Below are positions 35,045 through 47,394 of a stretch of DNA of 64,000 nucleotides, one piece after another; position 1 is the first letter of the stretch, and every line of letters begins with the position of its first letter. Made by a program: the position numbers and the translations under genes. This DNA comes from Lama glama. Lineage: Eukaryota. The stretch spans positions 1,304,001-1,368,000 of the forward strand of contig CM052818.1 of NCBI GenBank assembly GCA_028534125.1. Reading direction: 5' to 3'. Below the pieces are notes generated by a model. That model had not been told where the DNA came from. It made no database searches and worked only from the letters and a program-made list of their open reading frames with translations.

Positions 35045-38000
35045 AGAAAGAAGGGAGCTAGCCAAACATTTTGTTTTTGATGAGGTATAAGAATTACTCG
35101 ACATTTGTAAGGGAGAAGTGTACAACAAAGCTCTTTTGGCATTGGAGTATCAAAAGAAAGAGGAAAATGAAATTAGAAGAGCTCTGGAAATCTAAAGAAA
35201 AATAAACTACTGGAAGTAAATGTGGATCTGACTGTACACATTTATTATTTGCTTTTTTTAAAATGAAACATTTTATTTTGAGATAGAGATTCACATGCAG
35301 TTTTAAGAAATTATACAGAGAGCCCCTGTACCCTTTACATAGTTTCCTCCACTAGTAACATCTTGCAAAACTGTAGCACACTCTATCAGGACCAAGATAA
35401 TGACATTGTTTCTTGACAGTCAAGATATAGAACATTTTCATCATTGCAAGAATCCCTCATGTTGCCCTTTTATAACCACAGCTGTTTTCCTTCTGTCCTC
35501 ATCTGCTCTTTAGCCCCTGAAGATCACTAAACTCCATTTCTATAATTTTGTCATTTTCATCAAAATTATTGTGGTATATCAATAGTCTGTTCCTTTTTAT
35601 TGTAGAATAGTATTATTCCATGGTATACCATAGTTGTTTAATCATTTACCCATTAAAGGACATGTGGCTTGTTTCCTTGACTATTAAAATAAAGTTGCTA
35701 TAAATATTTGTGTAAAGGCTTTTGTGTGAACATACATTTTTACTTCTCTTGGGTATACAGCTAGGAGTGGAATTGCTGGATCATATGATAACTGTGGGTT
35801 TAACTATTTGAGGAACTACTAAACTTGTTTTCTAAAGTAGCCATACCATTTTACATCTTATCAGCAGAGTATGCAGATTCTAGTTTTTCCAGATCCTTGC
35901 CAGTGTTTGGTGTCACTGTTTTTTACTTTAGCCATTCTGACATATATATATATATATATATATATATAGTAATATCTCATTGTGGTTTTAATTTGCATTT
36001 TTCTGATTGCTAATGATGTCCAATATCTTTTTATGTGCTTATTTGCCATATCCAATTTGTTGAATTGTCTCTTCATGTCTTATGTCCATTTTCCAAATGG
36101 ATTTTTAAAAAAATAATGAGTTTTGAAAATTCTTTATAAATTCTAGATACGAGTTCTTTGTTGGATATGTGATTTGCAGACATTTTCTCCCATTCTGTGG
36201 CTTTCCTTTCACCCTCTTAGCGTAGTCTGTTACAGATCAGAAGTATTTTATTTTGATGAAGTCCAAGTTATCATCCTTTTTTGGAGCATGCTTTTGGTAT
36301 CAATTCTAAGAACTCTTTGCCTAGCCCTACATCTTGAGGATTTTCCCCTGTGATTTTTTTTCCCCCTAAAACTTTTATAGTTTTACTAAAATGTAAATTC
36401 TGTGATTTATTTTTGTGTTAATTTTCATAATTTTGTAATGTTTGTATAAGGAGTGAGACTTACTTCAAAATTTCTTTCTCTCTCTCTCTGCCTATAGATG
36501 TCCAGTTGTTCCACCATCATTTATTGAAAAGGCTGTTTTTCCTCTGCTGAACTACTTTTGCACCTTTGTCAAAAGTTACTTCGGTATATTTGTTTGAGTC
36601 TATTCTGGGTTCTTTCTTTTCTGGAGTAATTTTGTTAACATCTACAAAAATACCTTGCTGAGGTTTTGACAGGAGTTTCATTAAGCCTGTATATCAATTT
36701 GTAGAGAATTTACATAGTCACGAGTCTTCCAGTCACAAACGTTGGATGTGTGTCAATTTATTTAGCTGTTTTTTGATCTCTTTTCATCAGCATTGTGAAG
36801 TTTTTAAGCATACAAAATCAGCCCATAGTTTGTTAGATTTATACCTCAGTATTTTTTTTTAAGTGATTGAAATGGTATTATTTTTAATTTCGGTGTCAGT
36901 ATGTTCATTGCTAATATGTAGGAATACAATTAATTTTTGAAGGTTTATCTTGTATCTTTGTAATTTTCCTTATTTGTCTAGGAATTTTTCTGTAGATTCC
37001 TTGGATTTTTCTATGTGGATAATAGCGTTATGTGCAATAGGGATAGTTTTAGTTTTTCTTTTCCAATCCATATGCCTTTTCTTTAACTCTCTTTCACTGG
37101 CTAGAACTTCTAGGACTATGCTGAATAAGAATGGTGATCGTGGACATCTTTGCCTTGTTCCCAATGCTCTTTATCAACTTCAGGAAGTTCCCTTATATTT
37201 CTATTTTTGGAGAGTTTTTATCATGAAAGAGTGTTGAATTTTGTCCAGTGCTTTTATTGCATTGACTGATATGATCAGGTGATTTTCTCCTTTAGCCTTG
37301 CAGAATACATTGATTGCTTTTTGAATATTGAATGAGCCTGCCTTCCTGGAATAAACCTAACTTAGTCATTTTGTGTATTTCTTTTTATATACCTGAGATT
37401 CTATTTGCCAGTATTTTCTTAAGGATTTTTGTGTTTATATTTATGAGGGATATTGATCTATAGTTTTATTTACTTATTTTTTGCTGTCTTTGTCTGGTTT
37501 TGATGATAGGGTAATAGTTGCTTCCTAAAATGCATTGGTAAGTATTTCCTCCCTCCTCTTTTATTTTCTAGAAGAGATTTTTTAGAGTTAATTAATTACT
37601 AATTAGGTTAATTCTGCTTTAAGCATATTGTAGAATTCTCTAATTAAGCCATCTAGGCCTGGAGATTTATTTTTTGGGAGATCTTACATTACAATTTCAA
37701 TTTCCTTTGTAGTTCAAGGGCTATATAAATTACTATTTTTTACTGGGTGAATTGTGATAGTTTGTTATTTTTGAGGAATTTGTTTATTTCATCTTAGTTG
37801 TCAAATTTATATCAGAAGAGTTTATAGTTTTTTTATTATCCATTTGATGGCCACAGGACATGTAGTAATATCTGTGGTTTCATTCCTTATACTGGTAATT
37901 TGTATCTTCTTTTTCTTTCCTTTGTTAGATACCTGTCAATTTTATTGGTGTTTCCAAAGAACCATACTATCTCAGTGTTGTTCTTCTGTTTTCTGTTATA

Positions 38001-38479
38001 CTGATTTCTGCCCTCATATTTCTTATTTCCTTCCTGCTGATAGCTTTTTGTTTTTGCTTTTGCTTTTTATGTTCTGAGGTATAGGAGCTTCAAATGCTGA
38101 TTTGAGACTTTTCCTCTTTTCTAATGCTATAAAATATCTTTAATGCTACATATCTCTATATTTGTAGTGCTACAAAATATCGCTAATGCTTAAATCTCTC
38201 TCCTAGCACTGCTTCATCTGTGTCCCTTAAAGTTTGATATGTTGTATTTTCATTTTCGTTCAGTTTAGTGTAGTTTTCGATTTCCCGTTAGACTTCCTGT
38301 TTGACCCATGACTTATTTAGAAGTGTGTTATTTAGTTTCCAAGGGTTTGAATATTTCCTGTTGTCATTTTCTAAGTTGATTCCATTTGTGGTTGGAAAAC
38401 ATAGTATGTATGATTTCAGTTCTTCTGCATTTACTGAGGTTTGTCTTATGGCCTACAATATGGTTTTCCTTGTTATATG

Positions 38480-38583
38480 TTCTTTTTCTTTTTAATTTTT
38501 TTTTTAAAGGCAGTACTGGGGATTGAACCCAGGGCTGCATGCATGCTAAGCATGTGCTCTACCACTGAGCTATACCTTCCCCT
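38480..38583 (-). mobile_element. Vic-1-type SINE
   Basis: actggggattgaacccaggg...ctctaccactgagctatacc; flanks ttgttatatgttct / ttgttatatattct. Confidence 0.88.
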
Positions 38584-39124
38584 CTATTGTTATATATTCT
38601 GTGGGCACTTGAAAAGAATATGTATTCTGTTGGGTAGAGTGTTTTATAAATGTTGATTAGATTCCCATTGGTTGGTGGTGCTGTTGTGTTCTTCCGTATC
38701 CTTGCTGATTTTCTATTTATTTCTATCAATTGTAGAGAGGGGTGTTGAAGTCTCTTAAGCATAATTGTGGAATTGTCTGTTTTTCCTTTCAGATCTGTCC
38801 ACTTTTGCTTTACATATTTAGCAACTCTGTTGTTTGGTACATCACTGTCTTCTTAGTGGACTGAGCATTTCATTATATAATGAACTTTTTCATCTCTGGT
38901 AGTTTTCTTTGCTATGAAGTCTAGTTTCTCTGATGATAATATGCTTATTCTTGTTTTCCTTTGATTAAAGTTTGCATGGTGTATCGTTTTCCATTCTTTT
39001 ATTTTTAATCTGTCTGTATCATTATATTTGAAGTGAATTTCTTGGCTGATAGCATATAATTGTGTTGTGTTTTTTCATCCACTGTTTTAGTATTTGTCTG
39101 GCATATTTAGAACATTAAAAATTT

Positions 39125-40110
39125 CTTTTTACCTTGTCTTTTCTTTTATTGAAGTATCATCAGTTATAATGTGTCAATTTCTGGCATATAGCACAATGTC
39201 CCAGTTATGCATATACATACATATATTCGTTTTCATATTTTCTCACTAAAGGTTATTACAAGATATTGAACATAGTTCCCTGTGCTATACAGCAGAAACT
39301 TTCTTAAAATTTATTTTTATGTATAGTGGCTAACATTAGTAAATCTCAAACTCCCAAATTTATCCCTTCCCACCCACTTTCCCCAGTAACCATAAGATTT
39401 TTACTATGTTTGAGAGTCTGTTTCTGATTTGTAGATGAGTTTATAGTGTCTTTTTTTTTAAATTCCACATATGAGTGATACCATATGGTATTTTTCTTTT
39501 TCTTTTTGGCTTACTTCACTTAGAATGACAATCTCCAGGTCCATCCATGTTGCTGCCAATGGCATTATTTTATTCTTTTTTAAGGCTGAGTAGTATTCCA
39601 CTGTATAAATATACCACAGCTTCTTTATCCAGTCATCTGTCAATAGACATTAAGGTTGCTTTCATGTCTTGGCTATCGTATATTGTGCTGCTGTGAACCT
39701 TGGGGTGCATGTATCTTTTTGAATTAGAGTTCCCTCTGGATATATACTCAGCAGTGGGATTGCTGGATCATATGGTAAGTCTAATTTTAGTCTTTTGAGG
39801 AATCTCCATACTGTTTTCCATAATGACTGTACCAAACTACCATAATGACTGTACCATTCCCACCAGCGGTGTAGGAGGGTTCCCTGTTTAGCATTTATCG
39901 TTTGTGGACTTTTGAATGATGGCCATTCTGACTGGTGTGAGGTGATAATACCTCATTATAGTTTTGATTTGCATTTCTCTGATAATTTGTGATATTGAGC
40001 ATTTTTTCATGTACCTATTGATCATTTGTATGTCTTCCTTGGAGAATTGCTTGTTTAAGTCTTCTGCCCATTTTTGGTTTGGGTTGTTTGTCTTTTTTTG
40101 TTATTAAGTC
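39125..40110 (-). mobile_element. Lineage-specific L1 3' end nested in the older L1
   Basis: ORF2 C-terminal remnant WIKKLWYIYTVEYYSALKKNKIMPLAATWMDLE; flanks agaacatt / agaacatt. Confidence 0.9.
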
Positions 40111-42835
40111 AAATGAGCAGAACATTTAGGTTTAAGGTAATTATTGATATGCTAAGGCTTAACCTGTTGTTTCATTTGTTGTTTTCTGTCTATTCTCTCC
40201 TTTTTTGTTTTCCTGTTTTCTTTTTCATGCCTTTCTTTGAGTTACTTGAACATCTTTATAGAATTCCATTTTGATTTATCTATCGTTTTTGACTGTACCT
40301 TTTTGTATAGCTTTTTTGATGGTTTCTCTAGTGTCAGCATTTTTATTTAACTTGAAAAGCACAGTTTACTGGTGTCATCATTTTCCAGTTTGAGTGAAGT
40401 GTAGAAACCTTATCTCCTTTCTGTTCCTTTATCCATATTTTTGTCTATTGTGTCCTTTTTTCCTTTCTGATGTTCCAAGATTTCCGTTTTTTTTTTCTTT
40501 TTTTTTTCCCTCAAATCATTTCCATTCTGTTTAGAGAACTTTCTATAGCTGTTCTTTTAGAGTAGGCATGCTGGCAACAAATTCTGTTTACACAGGAATA
40601 GCTTAGTTTTCCTTCACATGAAAATGTCGTGATTTCTCCTTCATTCCTGAAGGATGTTTCTCCTGGGTGTAGGGTTCTGTTTTGATAAGTCTTTTCTTTT
40701 CAGCACTTGAAAAATGCCGTGCACTTCTTTTTAACCTCCATGGTTTCTGAAGAGAGATTTGCTGTCATTCAAATTATTTTTCCTTTACAGAAAAGGTATC
40801 AATTTTCTCTGACTACTTTCAAGATTTTTTTCTATGTCTTTAGTTTTCAGGAGTTTAATTATGATGTGTCTTGGCATGGATTTCTTTGGGTTTATCCTCT
40901 TTGGAGTTTGCTGATCTTTTTTGAATCTGTAGTTTTATGTCTTCTTGCCAAATCTGGGTAGTTTTTAGCCATTATTTCTTCAAGTATTTTCTTGCCTTAT
41001 CTGCTTTCTACTCTCCTCCTGGGACTTTGGTGACACAAATGTTAGAATTTTTGTATAATCTAGCAGCCCCTGAGGCTCTGTTTATTTCCTTCAGTTTATT
41101 TTCTCATATTTTTCTGATAGTATAATTTGTACTGTTCTTTCATTTCACTGAGTCTTTTCTCTGTCCCTTCCATTCTATTCTTGCGTCCGCAATAGCACTC
41201 TCTCCCTAAGTCCGTCCACTGAGTTTTTAATTTCAGTTATTGTATTTTTCAGTTATAAACTCTCCATTTGGGTCTCCTTTCCTCTATTTCTTTGCTGAGG
41301 CTTTGCCTTTTTGTTTCAAGCATGTTCATAATTGTTTGCTGAATCATTTTTATCATGGCCACTTTAAAAGATTCATCAGATAATTCTAACATCTCTGTCA
41401 TCTTGGTTTTGGCATCTAGTGGTTGTCATTTTTTTTTTCTATTAGTTTGACAACTTCCTGGTTCTTGGTGTGAAGAATGATCTGTAATTGAAATCTGTAC
41501 GTTTTCATATTATGTTAAGAGACGCTGACTCTCATTTAAACCTATTCTTTCAGCTGACTTTCTTTGACACCACTTTGGCAGGAGAAGGTGTGGGTTACTG
41601 CTTCATTATTGCTAGGCGGAGGTAGATGTCCATGTTCCCCACTTGGCCTCTGTCAGCACCTGAGAGGGGCTTCTCATGACTGCTGCAGATGGCAGTAGTG
41701 GCTCCAAATTTGGTCTCTGCTGACATCATGGTATGGGAGAGGGGGTTGTAAACTGTCTGGCGGGGATGAAAGTCGCAGTTCTCCTCTTGGCCTTCTGTGA
41801 CACCCTGACTGGTGTCTTGGGTGCTTTGTTATCACATGTGAGGATGAAAGTCTGGGTTCTCTTTCTGCCTGTGCTGGTGTGGATGTGGGTGGTGTCAGTT
41901 TTTTTTTTTTTTAACCTGTATGTTTATCTTGAATAAAAAAGTGATTGTTTAAATGTTTTCTGTCTTGGTAGGCTACCTCTTTTGTCATCTTTTGACTAGC
42001 GAGAGAGCAAGCTTTTGTTGGGGATTTTTAAAATTTGTACCTGTTTGTATTTCTGGGTTGCTAGTCTCTTGAGTTCCCAGTCTGGGATGTAAGGCCAAAA
42101 GAAAACCCAGGAAACTCACCACTGTATCATTCCTTTGGGCCTGAGGTCCCAAACCAGTCTGTTGCCTTCTTTCCACATTTCAGATTTTCTTATATTTGTT
42201 TTATATATAATGTATAAAGCTTTAAATTATACTTAGTTGTAGGAATAGGAAAAACTATGTCTCCTGCCTCCTATATCTTCCTAAGTGCTGACACAGTGCC
42301 TCCACCTTACGCCACCACAGCCACCTCTGTACCCAGCCCCACACCTGCTGGACAGGGGGCATGTGCGAGAGTGTGGAGGGAGGGGTGCGCTGAGGCCCAG
42401 GGGCACCACCCACGAAAGGGAAGAGAAGCTTTTACCCTTTTACACACCACCTTAACTGGCCAGTGCCTGTTTTCAGAAGCTTAGCACCCTTTCAGAGAAG
42501 GGAAGCTGGCACCTAAACAGGTCCTGGAACCATGAAGATGTCCGTTCCAGGGAGATACACCCCAGAACACAAGGATTAATCATTGGCCAGAGAATGCCTT
42601 TGGGAAGGTCACTCACCCTGGGTACTGCAGGCCCAGGAGAGGACACAGGACCCCAGGACACTGGGAGTCACCAGGGTTGCCATGTGGTGGGGTCGCTACC
42701 CCAACATTGGCCAGAGTTGGCGGGACTAGGTAGACGGGGACGCCTGGAACCAGTCCTGTCTTACGGAGTCCTCACAGGACCGCCTAAGGTTAGTGCTTCT
42801 TTCTGTGGCAGGAGCACTCTCTCCCTGAAGGACTG

Positions 42836-43070
42836 ATGGGACACACCTCCCCCATCCCTGAGGGCTCGCTCCTTGGGTGCATTCTGAGTCACTGGGAGAA
42901 GCTTTTCTATAGATTCATTTAAAAAACAAACAAACAAACACACAAACAAACAAAACACACATCTTTTGTAATACAGCCTGGCCCTAGTATAAACTTGAGG
43001 ACGAAGAGACCTGGCCATATGATGGAAGCCTCAACTATGACACCATCCTACAGCTAGACCTTATGTTCAG
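42836..43070 (+). pseudogene. gag: ERV gag matrix remnant
   Basis: MGHTSPIPEGSLLGCILSHWEK...IFCNTAWP*YKLEDEETWPYDGSLNYDTILQLDL resembles HERV-H/W/9-type matrix; disrupted. Confidence 0.85.
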
Positions 43071-44229
43071 GCCCTTTGTGGCCCCAAGAGAGAACCCGAA
43101 ACAATGCAGATCCTACATTAGGGAACCTTGCCGGCTGGGACCCATTCAGGCTACACAAAAGCCCCCTCTGATGTTATCCCTGAAAGAACACAAGCCCTGG
43201 ACAGAAGACCCCAGCTCCAATACTCTCACCATCTTTAGTCCCTCCCCCACTCTGTAACCTCTGTACCTTTCCATACCAGAAGTGCAGCCAGGACTTCTTT
43301 GCCCCTCCAGGAAGTTGCAGGCTGTACAAATTTCTGCCAACTCCTCTGTACTCTGGGAAGCATTGTGGCTGTACACCTTCCCTTTTCCTGGATTTCTCTT
43401 ATGTCCTCCTCTCCTGACTCCTTGCCTGTCTGCTGTTACTTGAGTCTCCTTGCCTGCTTTGCCAGCAGGTCAGGTGTTAAACCTCTTTTACTTCTGTGAA
43501 GAGTTACCCTCCTCAACACAAAGACCATACCTTGAGGGGAGATTTTGCCTTGTGTTACTGCCCTGTGGCACTCCAGCCCCACCCTTCAGCTCTATTTGTT
43601 TCTTTTTTTCTTTCAGAGATAAGGAATCCAAGTTAATCAACTCAGGGCCTAGGTCCCCTCCCTCTGAAAGATTTAGGTCCTGGGACTCTGGTCACTTTTT
43701 CTCCCTTTGGGTCATTGAATCTTGCAGCTAGACCTATTTTGTAAAACAGAAGATAGATGGGGGGAAGTCCCACACATCCAAAGTTCATTACCTTATTCTA
43801 AGATCCGGGTCTGAAGAACTCCTGGCGGGTGTGCCTGGCTCACACCCCTTCAAAGCGCCTTCTTCCTCAACAGGAGCCCCGTGTTTTAGATGACCCCTTT
43901 ATGGGTCCACCTCCCTGAGGTCCACAACCAGAAACTCCTACTCCCTCATTCTGAGGGGGCACAGCCTTTCAGGCCATCTAGCACTAACACCCCATCTGGG
44001 CACCTGGAGACCCCAGGCCCCCATGAATCAGCTCGTGGATCTGGCATTTGGAATATTTAACAACAGTTAGGGTTGAAGAGGCAGAGAGGATTCAGGGACA
44101 ACAGCAAAGTCACAATTTTTGATGGCAGCCCTAACCCCTGCACCACGTTAGGGTTTCCCTTGCTTGTCAAGACCCACCGCGAGGACAGGATCCAGGATGC
44201 CTGGATCAGAGCCCCTGTCTTGCCGAGAA

Positions 44230-44640
44230 GGGACCTGTTTTAGGTCTGGCTAGGAGAGCCACTGGAAGGACTAATGCCCCATGTATTGGGAAAGTCCACC
44301 GTGACCCTGCCCGATATGCAAATGAGAAGGCCACCGGAAGCAGGACTGCCCCCAGTCCTGGAGGGGGCTTGGGACTCCCAAACCAGTGATGGCTGAGAGG
44401 ACCAAAGACTGACAGGCTCAGGACCCTCCAGGCTTCCAAAGGACACCTGGTCATTTCTCCGGAGGAGCCTTGGGTAACCCTTGATGTGGTAGGCAGGAAA
44501 GTTGTTTTCTTATTAGATACAGGAGCTGCCTACTCTGTGCTGACGGATTTCCCTGCACCCTTGTCTTCCCAATCCTGTGTAATTATGGGGATTGACAGAA
44601 GGACCCAAATCAAGCAATTCACCACACCCTCCCCTTAGCT
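44230..44640 (+). pseudogene. pro: ERV nucleocapsid zinc knuckles and aspartic protease remnant
   Basis: CFRSG*ESHWKD*CP and CPICK*EGHRKQDCP (decayed CCHC motifs), then EEPWVTLDVVGRKVVFLLDTGAAYSVL with an intact DTG. Confidence 0.9.
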
Positions 44641-45625
44641 CCCTGCTAGCAATAGTCCAATTAAGCAACTCTTAACAGGGAAGGCACCCAAGAAAATGCT
44701 CTTGGCCGTGGGAGCCTGCCTCAGTCCCAAGCCAGAGGAGGTCCGCCATCCACCCCGCTGTCTGGGGGCACTGAGGTCCCTGACAGAGCTGCTATTGGCA
44801 GGCCTTTAGAAATGAGACCTGAGGCTATAGGCAAGCCTCTTCATGTCAAAGGCTGAACTGAGGTCCATAATTAGAGAGTTTCTCAAACCCAGGAAGGATC
44901 CTCAAAAATGTTTCAAGGCCAGTCTTTACAGGATCACAGGTTTGGCTCTGGAAATAATCCAAAATCCATTAATCCTTTTACCACTCCCCCAGACTACCCC
45001 TACTTATCTTAAGAAACTTGTAAATATCAGAAAAACCTTTTTCTGATATTCAGGGAACAAAGCCATCCTAGGAGCAACTTGCTTTTCTCCTCAAGCCTTC
45101 GAGATGCATCTTTTACCTGATCTTCTCCAGGACCCCCTATTTCATCATCTTTTTAAAATACAAATTTTGAGAAAGGGGTTAAGTAATTTGGAATTTGACT
45201 TGTTAAGGATGAATAGACATCTTGTGTCTTAGTCATTGAGACATGTGACTTTGTTTCCATCTGCCAGAAATCTGATTTGAATCCAACTTCTTGTAACTGA
45301 TGAGTCTTACATTGTACCTGTTTCATGGCTAAAATTTTAGAATGGGAACTAATAAGTCTCTGTGTTTGTGTCTTTGTACATATCTATATGTTTGTTGTAG
45401 ATGTGCGGCATTGCCAGAATTGTAAAAGAGCACTGTTTAATTGGCTAAAGGAACTTAAGTGTTTATGTAAATACTTAGAAATATAAACATAACTGGCCAG
45501 AGTTAATTTCAGGTTCACGTGTCTGGAAAATATTCAGTACTGAATCAATATCTGGTATAGAAGCTAGCTTAAGTTTATTGGTTTGATTAACATAGAGATG
45601 TCTTTAGAGTCATCAGTGTTAAGTA

Positions 45626-46100
45626 TGTCAACTGAAATAAATGCGCAGCCTAAAAGTTAAGAGTTATGTTTTATTTGGCGGGAGGACTCGGGCTGGGGTG
45701 ACAGCCTCTCAGATTGCTCTGAGGGACAGCTCTGAAGAGGTAGGGGAGGAGCTAGGATATATAGGAGCTTTACGACAAAGACCATAGTTGGAACAATAAA
45801 AGGTTACTTGTTATCTAAAGAAAACCAGGCTTCTCAAGTTAAAGAATTTAGTACTTTTCTGTGTACAGGAGGAAGCAAACATTTGGGCTCATTGAATTCT
45901 TTTTTTGACAAACATCTGGCTATCTAGGGCCAGTATCTTGTCCTTTCTTATTCTGGGTCCCCTCAGAGGGCACCATTGTGAGTGGCTACAGAATCTGGGC
46001 TGCAGGTTTGTCTTCAGTGGGGGGTGGCGGCAGCCGCTGATGACTTGATGGTTTCAGCATTCTTTCTTTACTGATATGGTTGCAGTATTTTTCGTTCACA
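45626..46100 (-). mobile_element. Solo ERV1 LTR nested in the ERV internal region
   Basis: TG...CA termini, flanks agta/ggta, same family as 5961-6472. Confidence 0.88.
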
Positions 46101-46799
46101 GGTATAATGCTTTTGTCATACCTAGAAAGGAAAGTAAAATTAAAGCTACTAAATGAATAAGGGAAACATTTCAAGATGCCAGAAAGTAAGATGTGTGTTT
46201 TTAGTAAAAGAAGGTATTAGGAATGGAGTTGCATTTTTTTATGGGAGAATAAAGCAGATTTTGTCCTAAAGCTGTTTGCTTCTGAATGGGAAAGAAAATA
46301 AGGGACAAAATAATATGGATATGGAAAGTTATGGAAGGTTTGTGGAAGAGAAACCCTGAGGCATCTCAGAGAAATATTAAATGAACTAGGATTATTTGGT
46401 ATGTTAAGTTATATGCAATCAGTCAATTCTGGTGGCTGTGACCCAGTTTCTTCACTGATTACATTGTAATTTGGTATTTAACCATGCCTTTTTAAGTCTT
46501 TTGTCATTTATAGACAGTTCTCTGGTGCTATCACAAAAGTGCTTCATCTTCAAGATTCATAAGAAGGCTACGGAAGTGGTGACAATACCACATCAAGATG
46601 ACAGCTATGCAAGGATAGTGCCATCTAACTCAAAACAAGCTGTGCTGCCCCTAGGACCTCTAGATCAGGCATCTGGAGATTTTCACTCCCTGGTAGGCAG
46701 GGTCTATGCCCCTACTCAGCCCCGAAGTAGCTTCAGAAGACTGATCGTCGCCCTTCTACACCTCTATAAGATTATGGGAGTAAAATCTTGAGTGGGGAG

Positions 46800-47394
46800 T
46801 GAAGTGGGAGGAAAGGGGGCAGGGCACAACCACTGAAGGAATGACACAGCCATTGAGGACAGGACAAACTGGTTACAACCAAGATGGCAGAAGATTTGAC
46901 CTTGAGCCTCATGTGCACTCATAGGAGCCGTGACAATTCCCAGGCTGACCATAAAAAGTCACAAAGTGCGTGCGGTGCATTTCCTGGAAATCCTCGCTCC
47001 TTCCCCAAAATAGTTGGAATAATCCTCCTACTCATTAGCATACGAAATTACCGAGCCCATAAAACCTAAAAACTCTGCACCTCATGGTCGCTCTTGCTCT
47101 CTCTCTCTCTCTCTCTCACCTTCTGAGATGGCCCTCACTCTGTCTATGGAGTGTGTATCTACTTTTACTTTAAACACCCCACACCTCTCGGCTTCTCTCC
47201 CCCTCACCTTTCTGAGATGGCTCGCGCTCTGCCTATGGAGTGTGCCTCTCCTAAGCCATTTTCCCTTCTGAGTGAGACAAACCACACTCTGTCCATGGAG
47301 TGTGTATCTCTCTAAATGAACTTACTTTCACTTTACTATGCCTTGCTCTTGAATTCTTTCCTGTGCCAGGCGAGAACTGAGTCTACCCCTAACA
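46800..47394 (+). mobile_element. MER41-like LTR
   Basis: Ordered MER41-type motifs accaagatggc, ttcctggaaatcc, gaataatcc, tctgcctatggagt, ctttcactttact, gaattctttc; ends taaca; three internal copies of ctgagatgg...ctatggagtgtg. Confidence 0.75.

Larger units (their letters stand above)
35255..42290 (-). mobile_element. Ancient long L1 (L1MC/L1MD-like), internally deleted, with younger insertions
   Basis: 3' end motif gattcacatgcagttttaagaaattatacagagag at about 35290; ORF2 remnant GTRQRCPRSPFLFSIVLEVLA (36970-37164); ORF1 and 5'UTR-like sequence at 40400-42290. Confidence 0.8.
42290..47394 (+). mobile_element. ERV1 provirus remnant lacking a 5' LTR (gag/pro remnants, PPT, 3' LTR)
   Basis: Gag, nucleocapsid and protease motifs listed below; 3' internal motif gaagtagcttcagaagactgatcgtcgccc; purine tract before the TG at 46800. 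Confidence 0.88.

Noticed and set aside
39818..39856. Short duplication ccataatgactgtacca
   Set aside because: Ordinary slippage duplication inside an L1 fragment.
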